Assembly (NCBI GenBank): GCA_049604295.1
Contig: JBMYTL010000010.1
Span: 38-64,037 of the forward strand
Reading direction: 5' to 3'
Length of the DNA: 64,000 nt
DNA from: Gammaproteobacteria bacterium
Lineage (GTDB): Bacteria > Pseudomonadota > Gammaproteobacteria > JACKNK01
The position numbers and the translations under genes are program-made. Within the stretch, counting starts at the first letter, position 1; the number at the start of each line of letters is the position of its first letter. The notes beneath the pieces are model-generated. The model was not told the origin of the DNA, did not search any database, and saw nothing but the letters and a program-made list of their open reading frames with translations. Shown piece by piece: positions 22,017 through 31,800 of this stretch.

Positions 22017-23777
22017 TCAAAGCATCAGCCGCCGGATATCCGCCAGAACGTGGTTCAGGTAGGTGGTGAAGCGCGCGCCCTCGGCGCCGTCGATGACGCG
22101 GTGGTCGTAGGACAGGGACAGGGGAAGCATCAGGCGCGGTTCGAACTCCTTGCCGTTCCAGACGGGTTTCATCTCGGACTTCGAGAGGCCCAGGATGGCC
22201 ACCTCGGGGGCGTTGACGATGGGGGTGAAATAGCTTCCACCGATGCCGCCCAGGCTGGAGATGGAGAAGCTGGCGCCCTGCATATCGTCGGGTCTGAGCT
22301 TGCCGTCCCGGGCCTTCTTGGAGGTCTCGGCCAGTTCCTTCGCCAGTTCCATGAAGCCCTTTTTGTCCACGTCGCGGATGGCGGGAACGACCAGCCCTCC
22401 GGGCGTGTCGACCGCGATACCGATGTGGTAGTAGCGCTTGAGGATCAGGGCCTCGCCGGAGCTGTCCAGGGAGGCGTTGAACTGGGGGTACTTCTTGAGC
22501 GCTGCGACCACGGCCTTCATGACGAACACCAGGGGCGTGAGGCTGTAGCCCTCGGCCTTGGCGGCGTCTTTGTTGGCCTGGCGGAAGGCCTCCATGTCGG
22601 TGATGTCGGCGTCGTCGTGCTGGGTGACGTGGGGCACGTTGAGCCAGCAGGCGTGCAGGTGTTTGCCGGCGATCTTCTTGATGCGCGACAGGGACTGGTG
22701 CTCGACGGGGCCGAACTTGCTGAAGTCGATGGCCGGGATGGCGGGTAAGCTGAATCCACCGCCTTCGCCGCTGGGTATCGGCTGGGTGATCTTGCCCTTG
22801 ACCCAGGCCTTCACATCTTCCTTGAGGATGCGGCCCTTGCTACCGGAGCCACGGACCTTGGTGAGGTCCACGCCCAGTTCGCGGGCGAAGCGGCGCACCG
22901 AGGGACTGGCATGGGGGATGGCCATGCCGGAGCGTTCCAGGGGCGGCGGAAGGGTGGTCGGTGGCGTGCCGCTCGGGCGGCTGTCAGACGTGCTGTAGGC
23001 CGTGTCGCTGGACTGCGCCGGCTGCGATGCAGCCGGGGTTTCGGCGGGTTCGGCCGGTGCCTGCGTGTCAGGCGTGGGTTCCTTGGTGGTCGTCGATGCC
23101 GCGGGTTCACCGGTATCGGCGCCGCCACGGGTCATGACTCCGATGCTGTCACCCTCGGAGACGCGACCGCCGACCTCGATCTCGATGGACTCGATGGTGC
23201 CGGCGGCGGGGGCGGGCACGTCCATGGCAGCCTTGTCGGATTCCAGGGTGATGAGTGGGTCCTCGGCGTTGACCTCGTCACCGGCCTTGACGTGGATCTC
23301 GATGATTTCCACATCCTTGAAATCGCCGATGTCCGGGACGGTCAAGGCTATGGACTCACCCTGGGAGGCGGGTGCCATGTCCTCATCGTCCCTGAATTCG
23401 GTGTCCTGAGGCGACCTTGCACTCTCCGGGGGCGCTTCGTCAGGGTTGTCGAAGGCGTCGTCGATAGATCCGAACTGAACGGGAGGCACATCCTCTCCAG
23501 CGGGTTCCGTTTGCTCCGCCTCGTCTTCTTCCGCGGGCGCCTCGCTGACGTCCATGGTGCCGATCAGGCTGCCCTCGGAGACGCGGCCGCCGACGTCGAC
23601 GGACAGGGTGCCGATGACGCCGTCATAGGGGGCGGGCACGTCCATGGCGGCCTTGTCCGACTCCAGGGTGATGATGGGGTCTTCGGCCTTGACGCTGTCG
23701 CCGGGTTGAACGTGAACCTCGATGATCTCCACGTCGGTGAAGTCGCCGATGTCCGGTACGGTGATGTCTTTGATCAT
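22017..23777 (-). CDS. aceF: pyruvate dehydrogenase E2 (dihydrolipoyllysine-residue acetyltransferase), two lipoyl domains
   Basis: Two copies of the lipoyl motif LESDKAAMDVPAP, Ala/Pro-rich linkers, E3-binding segment, catalytic DHRVIDGA. Confidence 0.95.
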   Translation of the reverse strand: MIKDITVPDIGDFTDVEIIEVHVQPGDSVKAEDPIITLESDKAAMDVPAPYDGVIGTLSVDVGGRVSEGSLIGTMDVSEAPAEEDEAEQTEPAGEDVPPVQFGSIDDAFDNPDEAPPESARSPQDTEFRDDEDMAPASQGESIALTVPDIGDFKDVEIIEIHVKAGDEVNAEDPLITLESDKAAMDVPAPAAGTIESIEIEVGGRVSEGDSIGVMTRGGADTGEPAASTTTKEPTPDTQAPAEPAETPAASQPAQSSDTAYSTSDSRPSGTPPTTLPPPLERSGMAIPHASPSVRRFARELGVDLTKVRGSGSKGRILKEDVKAWVKGKITQPIPSGEGGGFSLPAIPAIDFSKFGPVEHQSLSRIKKIAGKHLHACWLNVPHVTQHDDADITDMEAFRQANKDAAKAEGYSLTPLVFVMKAVVAALKKYPQFNASLDSSGEALILKRYYHIGIAVDTPGGLVVPAIRDVDKKGFMELAKELAETSKKARDGKLRPDDMQGASFSISSLGGIGGSYFTPIVNAPEVAILGLSKSEMKPVWNGKEFEPRLMLPLSLSYDHRVIDGAEGARFTTYLNHVLADIRRLML

Positions 23778-23793
23778 GGTGAATACCTTATTG

Positions 23794-23921
23794 GAACCGC
23801 GAAGGCGCGAAGGTCACGAAGTGGATGTGAGGCGTCGAATTTGGCCAGCGCCCATCCGGTAAGGCAGCGCACCTAAATCGGACCACTCTTTCTCTTCGCG
23901 CTCTTCGCGTCTTCGCGGTTC
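23794..23921. repeat. imperfect 28-bp inverted repeat (cgcgaag-rich arms) in the aceE-aceF spacer
   Basis: Left arm gaaccgcgaaggcgcgaaggtcacgaag (23794..23821). Right arm cttcgcgctcttcgcgtcttcgcggttc (23894..23921). About 24 of 28 positions are complementary, with a 72-nt spacer. Confidence 0.8.
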
Positions 23922-23933
23922 TATTCAATTCAA

Positions 23934-26624
23934 TCACGCGTACAGCGGGTTGGGCTTGTCGGCGTCGATTCCGTACTTGGCGATGGCCTCGGCCACCACG
24001 CTGGCCTCGATGGTGCCATCGTCCGCCAGTGCCTTGAGGGCGGTCACCGTGACGTAGTGACGATCAACCTCGAAATGACGGCGCAGGTTCTTGCGTGTGT
24101 CGGAGCGGCCGAAACCGTCCGTGCCGAGTGCAACGTAGCGGCTGTCGCCGACGAAGGGATGGAGCTGGTTGGCATAGGCCTTGACGTAGTCAGTGGCCGC
24201 GATGATCGGGCCCACCGCGTCGCCAAGGCAGTTGCGTACGTGGCAGCTGCGTGGCTCCTCAGCGGGGTGCAGGGTGTTCCAGCGCTGGCAGTCCAAGGCT
24301 TCGCGTGTGAGTTCGTTGAAGCTCGGAACTGACCAGATGTCGGCGCATACCTCCCAGTCCTCGCGCAGCAGGTCCGCCGCGGCGATGACCTCGCGCAGGA
24401 TGGTGCCCGAGCCCAGCAACTGCACCTTGGGACCCTCGCATCCGCCGTCGCTGAACTTGTACATGCCGCGCACGATGTCGTCTTCCACGCCTTCGGGCAT
24501 CGCCGGGTGGTGGTAGTTCTCGTTCATGACGGTGATGTAGTAGAAGCAGTTTTCCTGGTTCTGGTACATGCGTCGCAGACCGTCCTGAACGATGACCGCG
24601 AGTTCGTAGCTGAAGGTGGGGTCGTAACTGCGGCAGTTGGGGATGGCGGAGAAGAACAGGTGGGAGTGGCCGTCCTGGTGCTGCAGTCCCTCGCCGGCCA
24701 GGGTGGTGCGCCCGGCGGTGCCGCCGAGCAGGAAGCCGCGGGCCTGCATGTCGCCGGCGGCCCAGACGAGGTCGCCGACGCGCTGGATCCCGAACATCGA
24801 GTAGTAGATGTAGAAGGGGATCATGTTCACGTTGTGGTGCGAGTAGGCGGTGCCCGCCGCCATCCAGTCGCACATGCCACCGGCCTCGTTGATGCCTTCC
24901 TGGAGAACCTGCCCTTTCTTGTCCTCCTTGTAGAACATGAGCTGGTCGGAATCCTCGGGCTCGTAGAGCTGGCCGTCGACGGCATAGATGCCCAGCTGGC
25001 GGAACATGCCTTCCATGCCGAAGGTACGCGACTCATCGGGCACGATGGGCACCACGTGCTTGCCGATCTGTTTGTCCCGGGCCAACGTGGTGAGAATGCG
25101 CACAAAGGCCATGGTGGTGGAGAACTCGCGCTCACCGGAATCACCGATTTGCTGTTTGAAGGCCTCCAGTGGGGGGATCTGCAGGGGCTCGGCCTTCTGA
25201 CGACGTTGCGGCAGGGAGCCGCCCAGGGCGGCGCGGCGTTCCTTCAGATAGCGGATCTCGGGGGAATCTTCGGCGGGGCGGTAGAAGGGCACCTCCTCCA
25301 CCTTGTCGTCGGGAATCGGCACGTTGAAGCGATCGCGGAATTTCTTGATCGCCTCAATGTTCATCTTCTTCTGCTGGTGGGTGATGTTCATGGCCTCGCC
25401 GGCCTCACCCATGCCGTAGCCCTTGACCGTCTTGGCGAGGATGACGGTGGGCTGGCCGGTGTGAGCGACGGCGGCCGCATAGGCCGCATACACCTTGTGC
25501 GGATCGTGGCCGCCACGGTTGAGGCGCCAGATGTCCTGGTCGCTCATGGTGGCGACCATTTCCTTCAGTTCCGGGTACTTGCCGAAGAAATGCTCGCGCG
25601 TGAAGGCGCCGCCCTTGGCCTTGAACTTCTGGTATTCGCCGTCCACGGCCTCTTCCATCCTTTTTCTCAGCAGGCCCTTGGTGTCGCGGGCCAGCAGCGG
25701 GTCCCAGTACGAGCCCCAGATCACCTTGATGACATTCCAGCCGGCGCCCCGGAATTCGCCTTCCAGTTCCTGGATGATCTTGCCGTTGCCGCGCACCGGA
25801 CCGTCCAGGCGTTGCAGGTTGCAGTTGACCACGAAGATCAGGTTGTCGAGCTTCTCGCGCCCGGCCAGGCCGATGGCGCCCATGGATTCGGGCTCGTCCA
25901 TCTCACCGTCGCCCAGGAAGGCCCAGACCTTGCGGTCGCCCTGGTCGATGAAACCCCGGTTGTTCAGGTAGTGCATGAAGCGCGCCTGGTAGATGGCCTG
26001 AATGGGGCCGAGTCCCATGGACACGGTGGGGAACTGCCAGAAATCCGGCATCAACCAGGGGTGGGGGTAGGACGACAGGCCACCGCCGTCGACCTCCTGA
26101 CGGAAGCCGCGCAGGTCTTCCTCCTTGAGTCGCCCTTCCAGGTAGGCGCGGGCGTAGATGCCGGGCGCGGAATGGCCCTGAAAGAAGATCAGATCACCGG
26201 GGTTGTTTGCCGTCGGGGCGCGCCAGAAGTGGTTGAAGCCCACGTCGTAGAGGGTCGCGGCGGAGGCGAATGACGCGATATGCCCGCCCAGTTCACTGGT
26301 GATCTTGTTGGCGTTGACCACCGTGGCGAGGGCGTTCCAACGCACCAGGGAACGCACCTTGTTTTCCATCTCGTGGTCGCCCGGGCTGCGTTGTTCGAGC
26401 TGGGGCGGGATGGTGTTGATGTATGCGGTGTTCGGGTTGAAGGGGATGTGGCCACCCCGGCGCCGCGTGCGGTCGATCAGCTTCTCGAGCAGAAAGTGGG
26501 CACGGTCGGGGCCCTCCCGCTCGATGACGGCCTGCAGGGCCTCAAGCCATTCCTGGGTCTCGACGGTGTCGACGTCATGATCCAGGGATGGGGAATGGGG
26601 GGGATTTGCCATGGTGTTCTCCAC
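23934..26624 (-). CDS. aceE: pyruvate dehydrogenase E1 component (homodimeric type)
   Basis: 896 aa. ThDP-binding GDGEMDEPES...N. Immediately upstream of aceF on the same strand. Confidence 0.95.
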   Translation of the reverse strand: MENTMANPPHSPSLDHDVDTVETQEWLEALQAVIEREGPDRAHFLLEKLIDRTRRRGGHIPFNPNTAYINTIPPQLEQRSPGDHEMENKVRSLVRWNALATVVNANKITSELGGHIASFASAATLYDVGFNHFWRAPTANNPGDLIFFQGHSAPGIYARAYLEGRLKEEDLRGFRQEVDGGGLSSYPHPWLMPDFWQFPTVSMGLGPIQAIYQARFMHYLNNRGFIDQGDRKVWAFLGDGEMDEPESMGAIGLAGREKLDNLIFVVNCNLQRLDGPVRGNGKIIQELEGEFRGAGWNVIKVIWGSYWDPLLARDTKGLLRKRMEEAVDGEYQKFKAKGGAFTREHFFGKYPELKEMVATMSDQDIWRLNRGGHDPHKVYAAYAAAVAHTGQPTVILAKTVKGYGMGEAGEAMNITHQQKKMNIEAIKKFRDRFNVPIPDDKVEEVPFYRPAEDSPEIRYLKERRAALGGSLPQRRQKAEPLQIPPLEAFKQQIGDSGEREFSTTMAFVRILTTLARDKQIGKHVVPIVPDESRTFGMEGMFRQLGIYAVDGQLYEPEDSDQLMFYKEDKKGQVLQEGINEAGGMCDWMAAGTAYSHHNVNMIPFYIYYSMFGIQRVGDLVWAAGDMQARGFLLGGTAGRTTLAGEGLQHQDGHSHLFFSAIPNCRSYDPTFSYELAVIVQDGLRRMYQNQENCFYYITVMNENYHHPAMPEGVEDDIVRGMYKFSDGGCEGPKVQLLGSGTILREVIAAADLLREDWEVCADIWSVPSFNELTREALDCQRWNTLHPAEEPRSCHVRNCLGDAVGPIIAATDYVKAYANQLHPFVGDSRYVALGTDGFGRSDTRKNLRRHFEVDRHYVTVTALKALADDGTIEASVVAEAIAKYGIDADKPNPLYA

Positions 26625-26758
26625 GGGGGCATCGAAATGTCGGCCCGCATACCTTTTGGGCGGTGGACCGCGACGCCCCGGTTATTGGACCGGGGTACGG
26701 GAAAAGGCGCGAATTCTATACTCAGTATTGAGCAAATAGGAGGCTGAGTCTGTGTGGC

Positions 26759-29122
26759 TCAGCCATCCAGCCCCATGCGCGCCACCTGGTCGGCGGGCAA
26801 GGGCAGCAGCTGGTGAATGGCTTGGAGCAAAGTCTTAACCCGGATGGGTTTCGGGAGGTATTCGTTGAAACCCGCTTCCAGGCCGCGATGGATATCCGCC
26901 TCCATGGCATTCGCACTGATGGCTACCACGGGAATGTCACGCGTGCGCGGGTCGTCACGCAGTCGTTTGAGCACGTCGTACCCGTCAAGGGTGGGGAGAT
27001 TGATATCGAGCAGGATCAGGCCGGGCTGATGAGCCTTCGCCAACTCCAGGCCGCTGATGGGTTCCGGGGCGGCGATGAGTTCGAAGGGCGTGTATTTCTG
27101 AATGATGCTCTGAACCAGTTGCATGTTGGCGGGATTGTCCTCCACGTAGAGGATCCGTCCCCGATGGCCGTTCAGCGCGGCGGCGTCGAAGGTGCCCGTG
27201 ACGTCGTGGCCGGTGCGCGGTCGGCGCGCGTGGGAGCGGGGCAACTCGATCCAGAAACAGCTGCCCTCGCCCGGTGTGCTCTCGAAATCGACCCGCCCCT
27301 CCATGGCCTCCGCGACGCGGCGTGAGAAGGTCAGCCCTATGCCCGTGCCTTCAATGCTGGAGCGTTCCGCCCCAAGCCGCTCGAAGGGGGTGAACAGTTT
27401 TTCCTGCTGGTCCGGCGTGATGCCCTTACCCGTATCGTGCACCTTCAGTCGGACCCGGTCGGCTTCGTGTTCAATCGTCAGGCGGGCTTTGCCTCCCGGC
27501 CGGTTGTACTTGATGGCATTGGAGATGAGGTTGAGCAGGATCTGTTTGAGACGGGTGTAATCCGCGCGCACCGCCAGTTCGGTACCCGGGCGCTCGATGG
27601 ACAGCTCGATCGAGTAGGAGGCGGCCAGGGGGCGGGTGAGTGCCTCGGCCTCGTCGAGGACCAGGTCCAGGCCCAGATCCTCAATGCTCAGGGCCAGGCG
27701 CCCCGATTCCACGTGCGCGAGATCCAGCACCTCGTTGACCAGCGTGAGTAAATGCCGACCGGCCTTGTCCATGAGGTTGAGGTACTCGACCTGCTCGTCC
27801 GGGCTGGTGCCCATGCGCATGAGCTCGGTGAAGCCGATCAGGGCATTGAGCGGGGTGCGCAGCTCGTGGGACATGCTCGAGAGGAACTGGGTCTTGGCCG
27901 CGCTGGAATGCTCGGCCAGTTCCTTGGCGGCGACCAGTTCGGCGCGAAGCAGTGCCTGGTCGGTGACCTCGGTGGTGGCGATCCCGAACAGGGTCCCGCC
28001 CGCGGTCACCGGGAAGAAACTGGACAGGAAATGACGGGCCGCGGCGGCGGAATCCGTGTGCTCGTGATCCCAGGTCAGGGCCTCACCCCGGGCAATGGAG
28101 CGACGCTTCTCGTCGTCCAGCACCACCGATTCGAGCGCCATGGCCATCTCGTCGCTCCAGCGTTCATGCTGCCGATTGCTCAGAAGGCGTTTTCCGGAGC
28201 TGTCGTACAGGGCCAGGCCTATGGGTAGATGGTCGACGATGCCGTGGATCTGGGCATCGCGCTCGCTGACGCTGTCCAACATGGCATTGAAACGGGAGCC
28301 CAGTTCGCCCAGCTCATCCCTGCCGAGATCGGGGAGGCGGTAATCCACCTGACCCATGGCCTGCGCCTGGATGCCTTCGCCGATGGTGCGGATCGGGCGC
28401 AGCACCAGGCGATTGATGACCACCCAGGCCGTGGCCATGAGGATCACCAGCCCGGCCAGCGCCACTGTTGCCGCCCACCACAGGGCCGTGCCCGCCTGCT
28501 GGCGGACCGCGCTCCAGTTGAACCGGATGTAGACCACCCCACGGTAGTGTGGCGCGGGCACCTCCAGGGCGTTTCCCGCCACCAGGGGAAGGGCGCTGGG
28601 AATCCGCGCGGGATCCGGGCGGGTGAATTCACCTTCGAGGTACATACGGTTGGCGGTCTTGCCGGGGCGGATTTGGGCACCCCCGGGCCAGTCACTCTCG
28701 ACCCAGAGGGGTTCAAGCAACACCAGGTCGCCATTGGCGGTGAAATAGTGGCCGAAGATGCCGCTGCTCGAGGCGGTGGCCAGGGCGATGAGCATGTCGC
28801 CGCTGTCGTCCTTCAGGGGGTCGGTGGCGCGGACGCTGGATGCCCAGATGGTGAAGGGCTCGCGGGTGGCGACGGTGATCCCGGAAACGGCGTCCGACTT
28901 ACGCGTGATGTCTTCCACGGCGACGCGGATCGCATCGTTGCTGGCGCTGGCATGGGTGGCCTCGTTGACGGCGGTGGCCAGCAGGTGCCCGCGTTCGATC
29001 AGGTCCTTGCGCAATTGTCCCAGCGCGGACTGATATACCCCCCAGGCGACCAACGCGCAGACCAGCAGGCCCGGTAGGGTCATGGACAGCAGGAGTTTGG
29101 TTTTCAGGGAGGCGGCTTGCAT
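26759..29122 (-). CDS. hybrid sensor histidine kinase/response regulator (periplasmic sensor, HAMP, PAS, HisKA, HATPase_c, REC)
   Basis: Start at ATG 29122 (MQAASLKTKLLL + TM), second TM near WWAATVALAGLVILMATAWVV. HAMP, H-box SMSHELRTPLNA, NAIKYN, DTGKGI, GTGIGL. Canonical receiver RILYVEDN...LLDINLP...KP. Confidence 0.85.
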   Translation of the reverse strand: MQAASLKTKLLLSMTLPGLLVCALVAWGVYQSALGQLRKDLIERGHLLATAVNEATHASASNDAIRVAVEDITRKSDAVSGITVATREPFTIWASSVRATDPLKDDSGDMLIALATASSSGIFGHYFTANGDLVLLEPLWVESDWPGGAQIRPGKTANRMYLEGEFTRPDPARIPSALPLVAGNALEVPAPHYRGVVYIRFNWSAVRQQAGTALWWAATVALAGLVILMATAWVVINRLVLRPIRTIGEGIQAQAMGQVDYRLPDLGRDELGELGSRFNAMLDSVSERDAQIHGIVDHLPIGLALYDSSGKRLLSNRQHERWSDEMAMALESVVLDDEKRRSIARGEALTWDHEHTDSAAAARHFLSSFFPVTAGGTLFGIATTEVTDQALLRAELVAAKELAEHSSAAKTQFLSSMSHELRTPLNALIGFTELMRMGTSPDEQVEYLNLMDKAGRHLLTLVNEVLDLAHVESGRLALSIEDLGLDLVLDEAEALTRPLAASYSIELSIERPGTELAVRADYTRLKQILLNLISNAIKYNRPGGKARLTIEHEADRVRLKVHDTGKGITPDQQEKLFTPFERLGAERSSIEGTGIGLTFSRRVAEAMEGRVDFESTPGEGSCFWIELPRSHARRPRTGHDVTGTFDAAALNGHRGRILYVEDNPANMQLVQSIIQKYTPFELIAAPEPISGLELAKAHQPGLILLDINLPTLDGYDVLKRLRDDPRTRDIPVVAISANAMEADIHRGLEAGFNEYLPKPIRVKTLLQAIHQLLPLPADQVARMGLDG

Positions 29123-29230
29123 ATATTGGCTTCGGTGCCCGTGGCTGGGCATGATCCGTTGCTCGTACAACCGACGCCCTGAGAGACCCTGATCATGGTG
29201 CAGGATCGCAGCCGCTCCATTTCCCTGGGA

Positions 29231-30244
29231 ATGTCCCTGCTTTCATTCGCGAAACGGGCGCGCGGGCTACTGGTGGCCGTGCTCGCCTGGGGCCTGATCG
29301 GCGTCGGCCCGGCGGCCCAGGCCAACGGTCCGCTGCGCATCGCACTCAATGATCTGCCCGGTAAAGGCATGTTGCCCATCCTTGTGGGTATCGAGCATGC
29401 CCGCGAGCGCGGTCTTGATATCCAGGTGTCCTACCTCAACTCCGAGAATATCGTGGTTCAGGCCCTGCGCGGCGGGCTGGCCGACGTGGGCATGGGCACG
29501 CCCTACCAGTTGGTGCAGAACAACGGCATTGCCCTGCGCATGTTCTACCAGCTGAGCAAGCTCGCCTTCTTCCCGGTGGTCGATACGCGCTACTACGCAA
29601 GTTGGAAGGAGCTCGATGGGGCCGATATGTACGCCCATGGGCCCGGCTCAGGGACCGAGGCACTGGTCAATATCCTCGCCAAACGCAATGGAATCCGCTA
29701 CCGCACCCTGCATTACCTACCGGGCTCGGGTACACGGGCCCAGGCCATGCTGGAGGGCCGGATCAAGGCCACCGTGCTCGATGCCGAACGCACGCAACTG
29801 CTTGTCAACGCCGCCGGGGGGTACTTCAAGGCCCTGCCCCTGGGGGATGTCTCCGCTACGGACGAGGCGCTGTTCGCCTACGAGACGGTCATACGTTCGA
29901 GGCGTGCGGACATCGAGACCCTGGTCAGTGCCTTTCTGGGCGTGTGGCGGCGCATGAACGCGGACCCCGCCTGGCTGGAGGCCGAGCGCCAGCGCTTGGG
30001 GCTGCTACCGCGCCTCGACGGCGAAGCGGCCGCCGGAATCGTGCCCTACATCACCGGTCTGGTTGAGGCCGGGGCCTTCGCGGGTGACGGGGGTGCCGAG
30101 GGCGTGGTCGCGCGGGATTTCCGGTTCTACACCGATGCGGGGACGCTGACCGGCGATCCGGCGGATCTGCGCGAGGAGGATTTCTGGGACCTTGAACCGC
30201 TGCGTGCGGTCATTGCGCGTGAGTCGGCGCGAAGCGGCGATTGA
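29231..30244 (+). CDS. periplasmic substrate-binding protein, NMT1/THI5 (SsuA/TauA-like) family, orphan
   Basis: Signal peptide LLVAVLAWGLIGVGPAAQA/NGP. Overall SBP-like alternation. No permease or ATPase gene adjacent. The ORF begins at 29195; ATG 29231 is preferred. Confidence 0.6.
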   Translation: MSLLSFAKRARGLLVAVLAWGLIGVGPAAQANGPLRIALNDLPGKGMLPILVGIEHARERGLDIQVSYLNSENIVVQALRGGLADVGMGTPYQLVQNNGIALRMFYQLSKLAFFPVVDTRYYASWKELDGADMYAHGPGSGTEALVNILAKRNGIRYRTLHYLPGSGTRAQAMLEGRIKATVLDAERTQLLVNAAGGYFKALPLGDVSATDEALFAYETVIRSRRADIETLVSAFLGVWRRMNADPAWLEAERQRLGLLPRLDGEAAAGIVPYITGLVEAGAFAGDGGAEGVVARDFRFYTDAGTLTGDPADLREEDFWDLEPLRAVIARESARSGD

Positions 30245-30296
30245 GCGGAGATCGGCCGGGGCAGATAGCGGGGAAGCCAGTGCGGCAGGGGGGCGC

Positions 30297-30725
30297 TCAG
30301 CACTGCTCCCAGGGCAGGCCATGAAAGCGCCAGCCGCCCACGGTGGAGCGCTGGTGATGTTCATCGAGCTCCCCCTCGAAGCCCTCGTCCACGTGGAATA
30401 TCTGGGTCAGTCCATCCCGGATCAATAATTCTCCGGCTTCCTTGGAGCGCTTGCCTGAACGGCAGATCAGGATGATGGGGGCGCAGCCATCGTCGGAGCT
30501 GCATACCGTGCCGCCGAGCATCACCTTGCGTACCTCGGCGGTGAAATGCGGGTTCACATCCCAGTCGGGTTCGTCGATCCACGCGACGTGTACCGCGCCC
30601 TTGGGGTGGCCCACGAACAGGAACTCCATGCTCGAGCGGATATCGATGAGCACGGCGCGGGGGTCGTCTTCCAGCAACTGGTTGGCGGCCTTCGGTGTCA
30701 GGGATTTCAGCTCGGTCTGGGACAT
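30297..30725 (-). CDS. rhodanese-like sulfurtransferase domain protein
   Basis: ATG 30725 (MSQTELKSL). Active-site loop ILICRSGKRS (CRxGxR[ST]). Confidence 0.8.
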   Translation of the reverse strand: MSQTELKSLTPKAANQLLEDDPRAVLIDIRSSMEFLFVGHPKGAVHVAWIDEPDWDVNPHFTAEVRKVMLGGTVCSSDDGCAPIILICRSGKRSKEAGELLIRDGLTQIFHVDEGFEGELDEHHQRSTVGGWRFHGLPWEQC

Positions 30726-30943
30726 GATGAGGGTCTCTTCACTCCGCTGTCGGCCGCCCGGGATGGGCGACGGGTTGTGGTTGATGCGATCGGGTTGTGC
30801 GGCGCACAAAAAGGCTTATATCTCCTTATGGATATTTTGTATATGCCCAAATAAATAATTCTGATGCGGGCTTCCCCCAATCGGATCGGTTTTCCTCCGA
30901 GTATGAGTTCGCTAGCGTGCCCGTCCCGCTGAGGATCAACGCC

Positions 30944-31714
30944 ATGAACACATCGCCCATCGACATCCGTGACAGCATTGACCGGCTGATCGCGCACCCC
31001 CTATACCACTCCATCGGTGACGAACAGGCCCTGCGGCATTTCATGCGTTCCCATGTGTTCTGCGTCTGGGACTTCCAGTCCCTGCTGACCGCGCTGCGCC
31101 GGTCGCTCAGTTGCACCACCGTTCCCTGGTTGCCCCAGGGGGATCCGGAAGGTCGTCGCCTGATCAACGAGATTGTCCTGGAGGAGGAATCGGACGAGAT
31201 GGCGGATGGCAGCTACCTGTCCCACTACGAACTCTATGTCCGGGGAATGGCTGATGCCGGGGCGGACACGGGGCCGGTGGAACGCCTGATCGAACGTTTG
31301 CGTGCCGGTGAATCCGTGGACGCGGCCATCGCCGCTACGGACCTGCCCGACGGCGTGCGCGAGTTCATCCAGCTTACCTTCGACACCATCGCGACGGGGG
31401 AACTGCACCGGGTTGTCGCCGCCTTTACCTATGGCCGCGAGGACATCATTCCGGACATGTTCACCCAGCTCGTCCGTCAGTTGGCCGACGACGCGCCAGG
31501 GCGCTGGGGACGCTTTCTCTGGTACCTGGAGCGCCACATCGAAGCCGACGGCGAGCGCCACGGTCCGATCTCCCATCGACTGCTGGCCCGAACTTGTGGC
31601 GATGACGCCAGAAAATGGGCCGAGGCCGAGGACACTGCCCGCGCCGTGGTGGAGGCGCGCATCGTGCTGTGGGATGCCATTGCACGCGGACTGCCCAATC
31701 GCCAAGCCGCCTGA
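30944..31714 (+). CDS. DUF3050 family protein (heme-oxygenase-like fold)
   Basis: ATG 30944. HPLYHSIGDEQALRHFMRSHVFCVWDFQSLL, LINEIVLEEESDE, FTYGREDIIPDMF and YLERHIEADGERHGP match my recollection of DUF3050. Confidence 0.65.
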   Translation: MNTSPIDIRDSIDRLIAHPLYHSIGDEQALRHFMRSHVFCVWDFQSLLTALRRSLSCTTVPWLPQGDPEGRRLINEIVLEEESDEMADGSYLSHYELYVRGMADAGADTGPVERLIERLRAGESVDAAIAATDLPDGVREFIQLTFDTIATGELHRVVAAFTYGREDIIPDMFTQLVRQLADDAPGRWGRFLWYLERHIEADGERHGPISHRLLARTCGDDARKWAEAEDTARAVVEARIVLWDAIARGLPNRQAA

Positions 31715-31800
31715 GGTCGCGACTCACCCGCGCGGAACTTCCCGGCTGCGTGAGCAATGATCGGGCCGCACAGCCGGGGTCTGTGTAAGGTCGAGGGGCC

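Noticed and set aside
24507-26273. 588-aa plus-strand ORF inside aceE
   Set aside because: It is antisense to pyruvate dehydrogenase E1, its composition is biased (G, V, A, H, D, L), and I recognised no domain.
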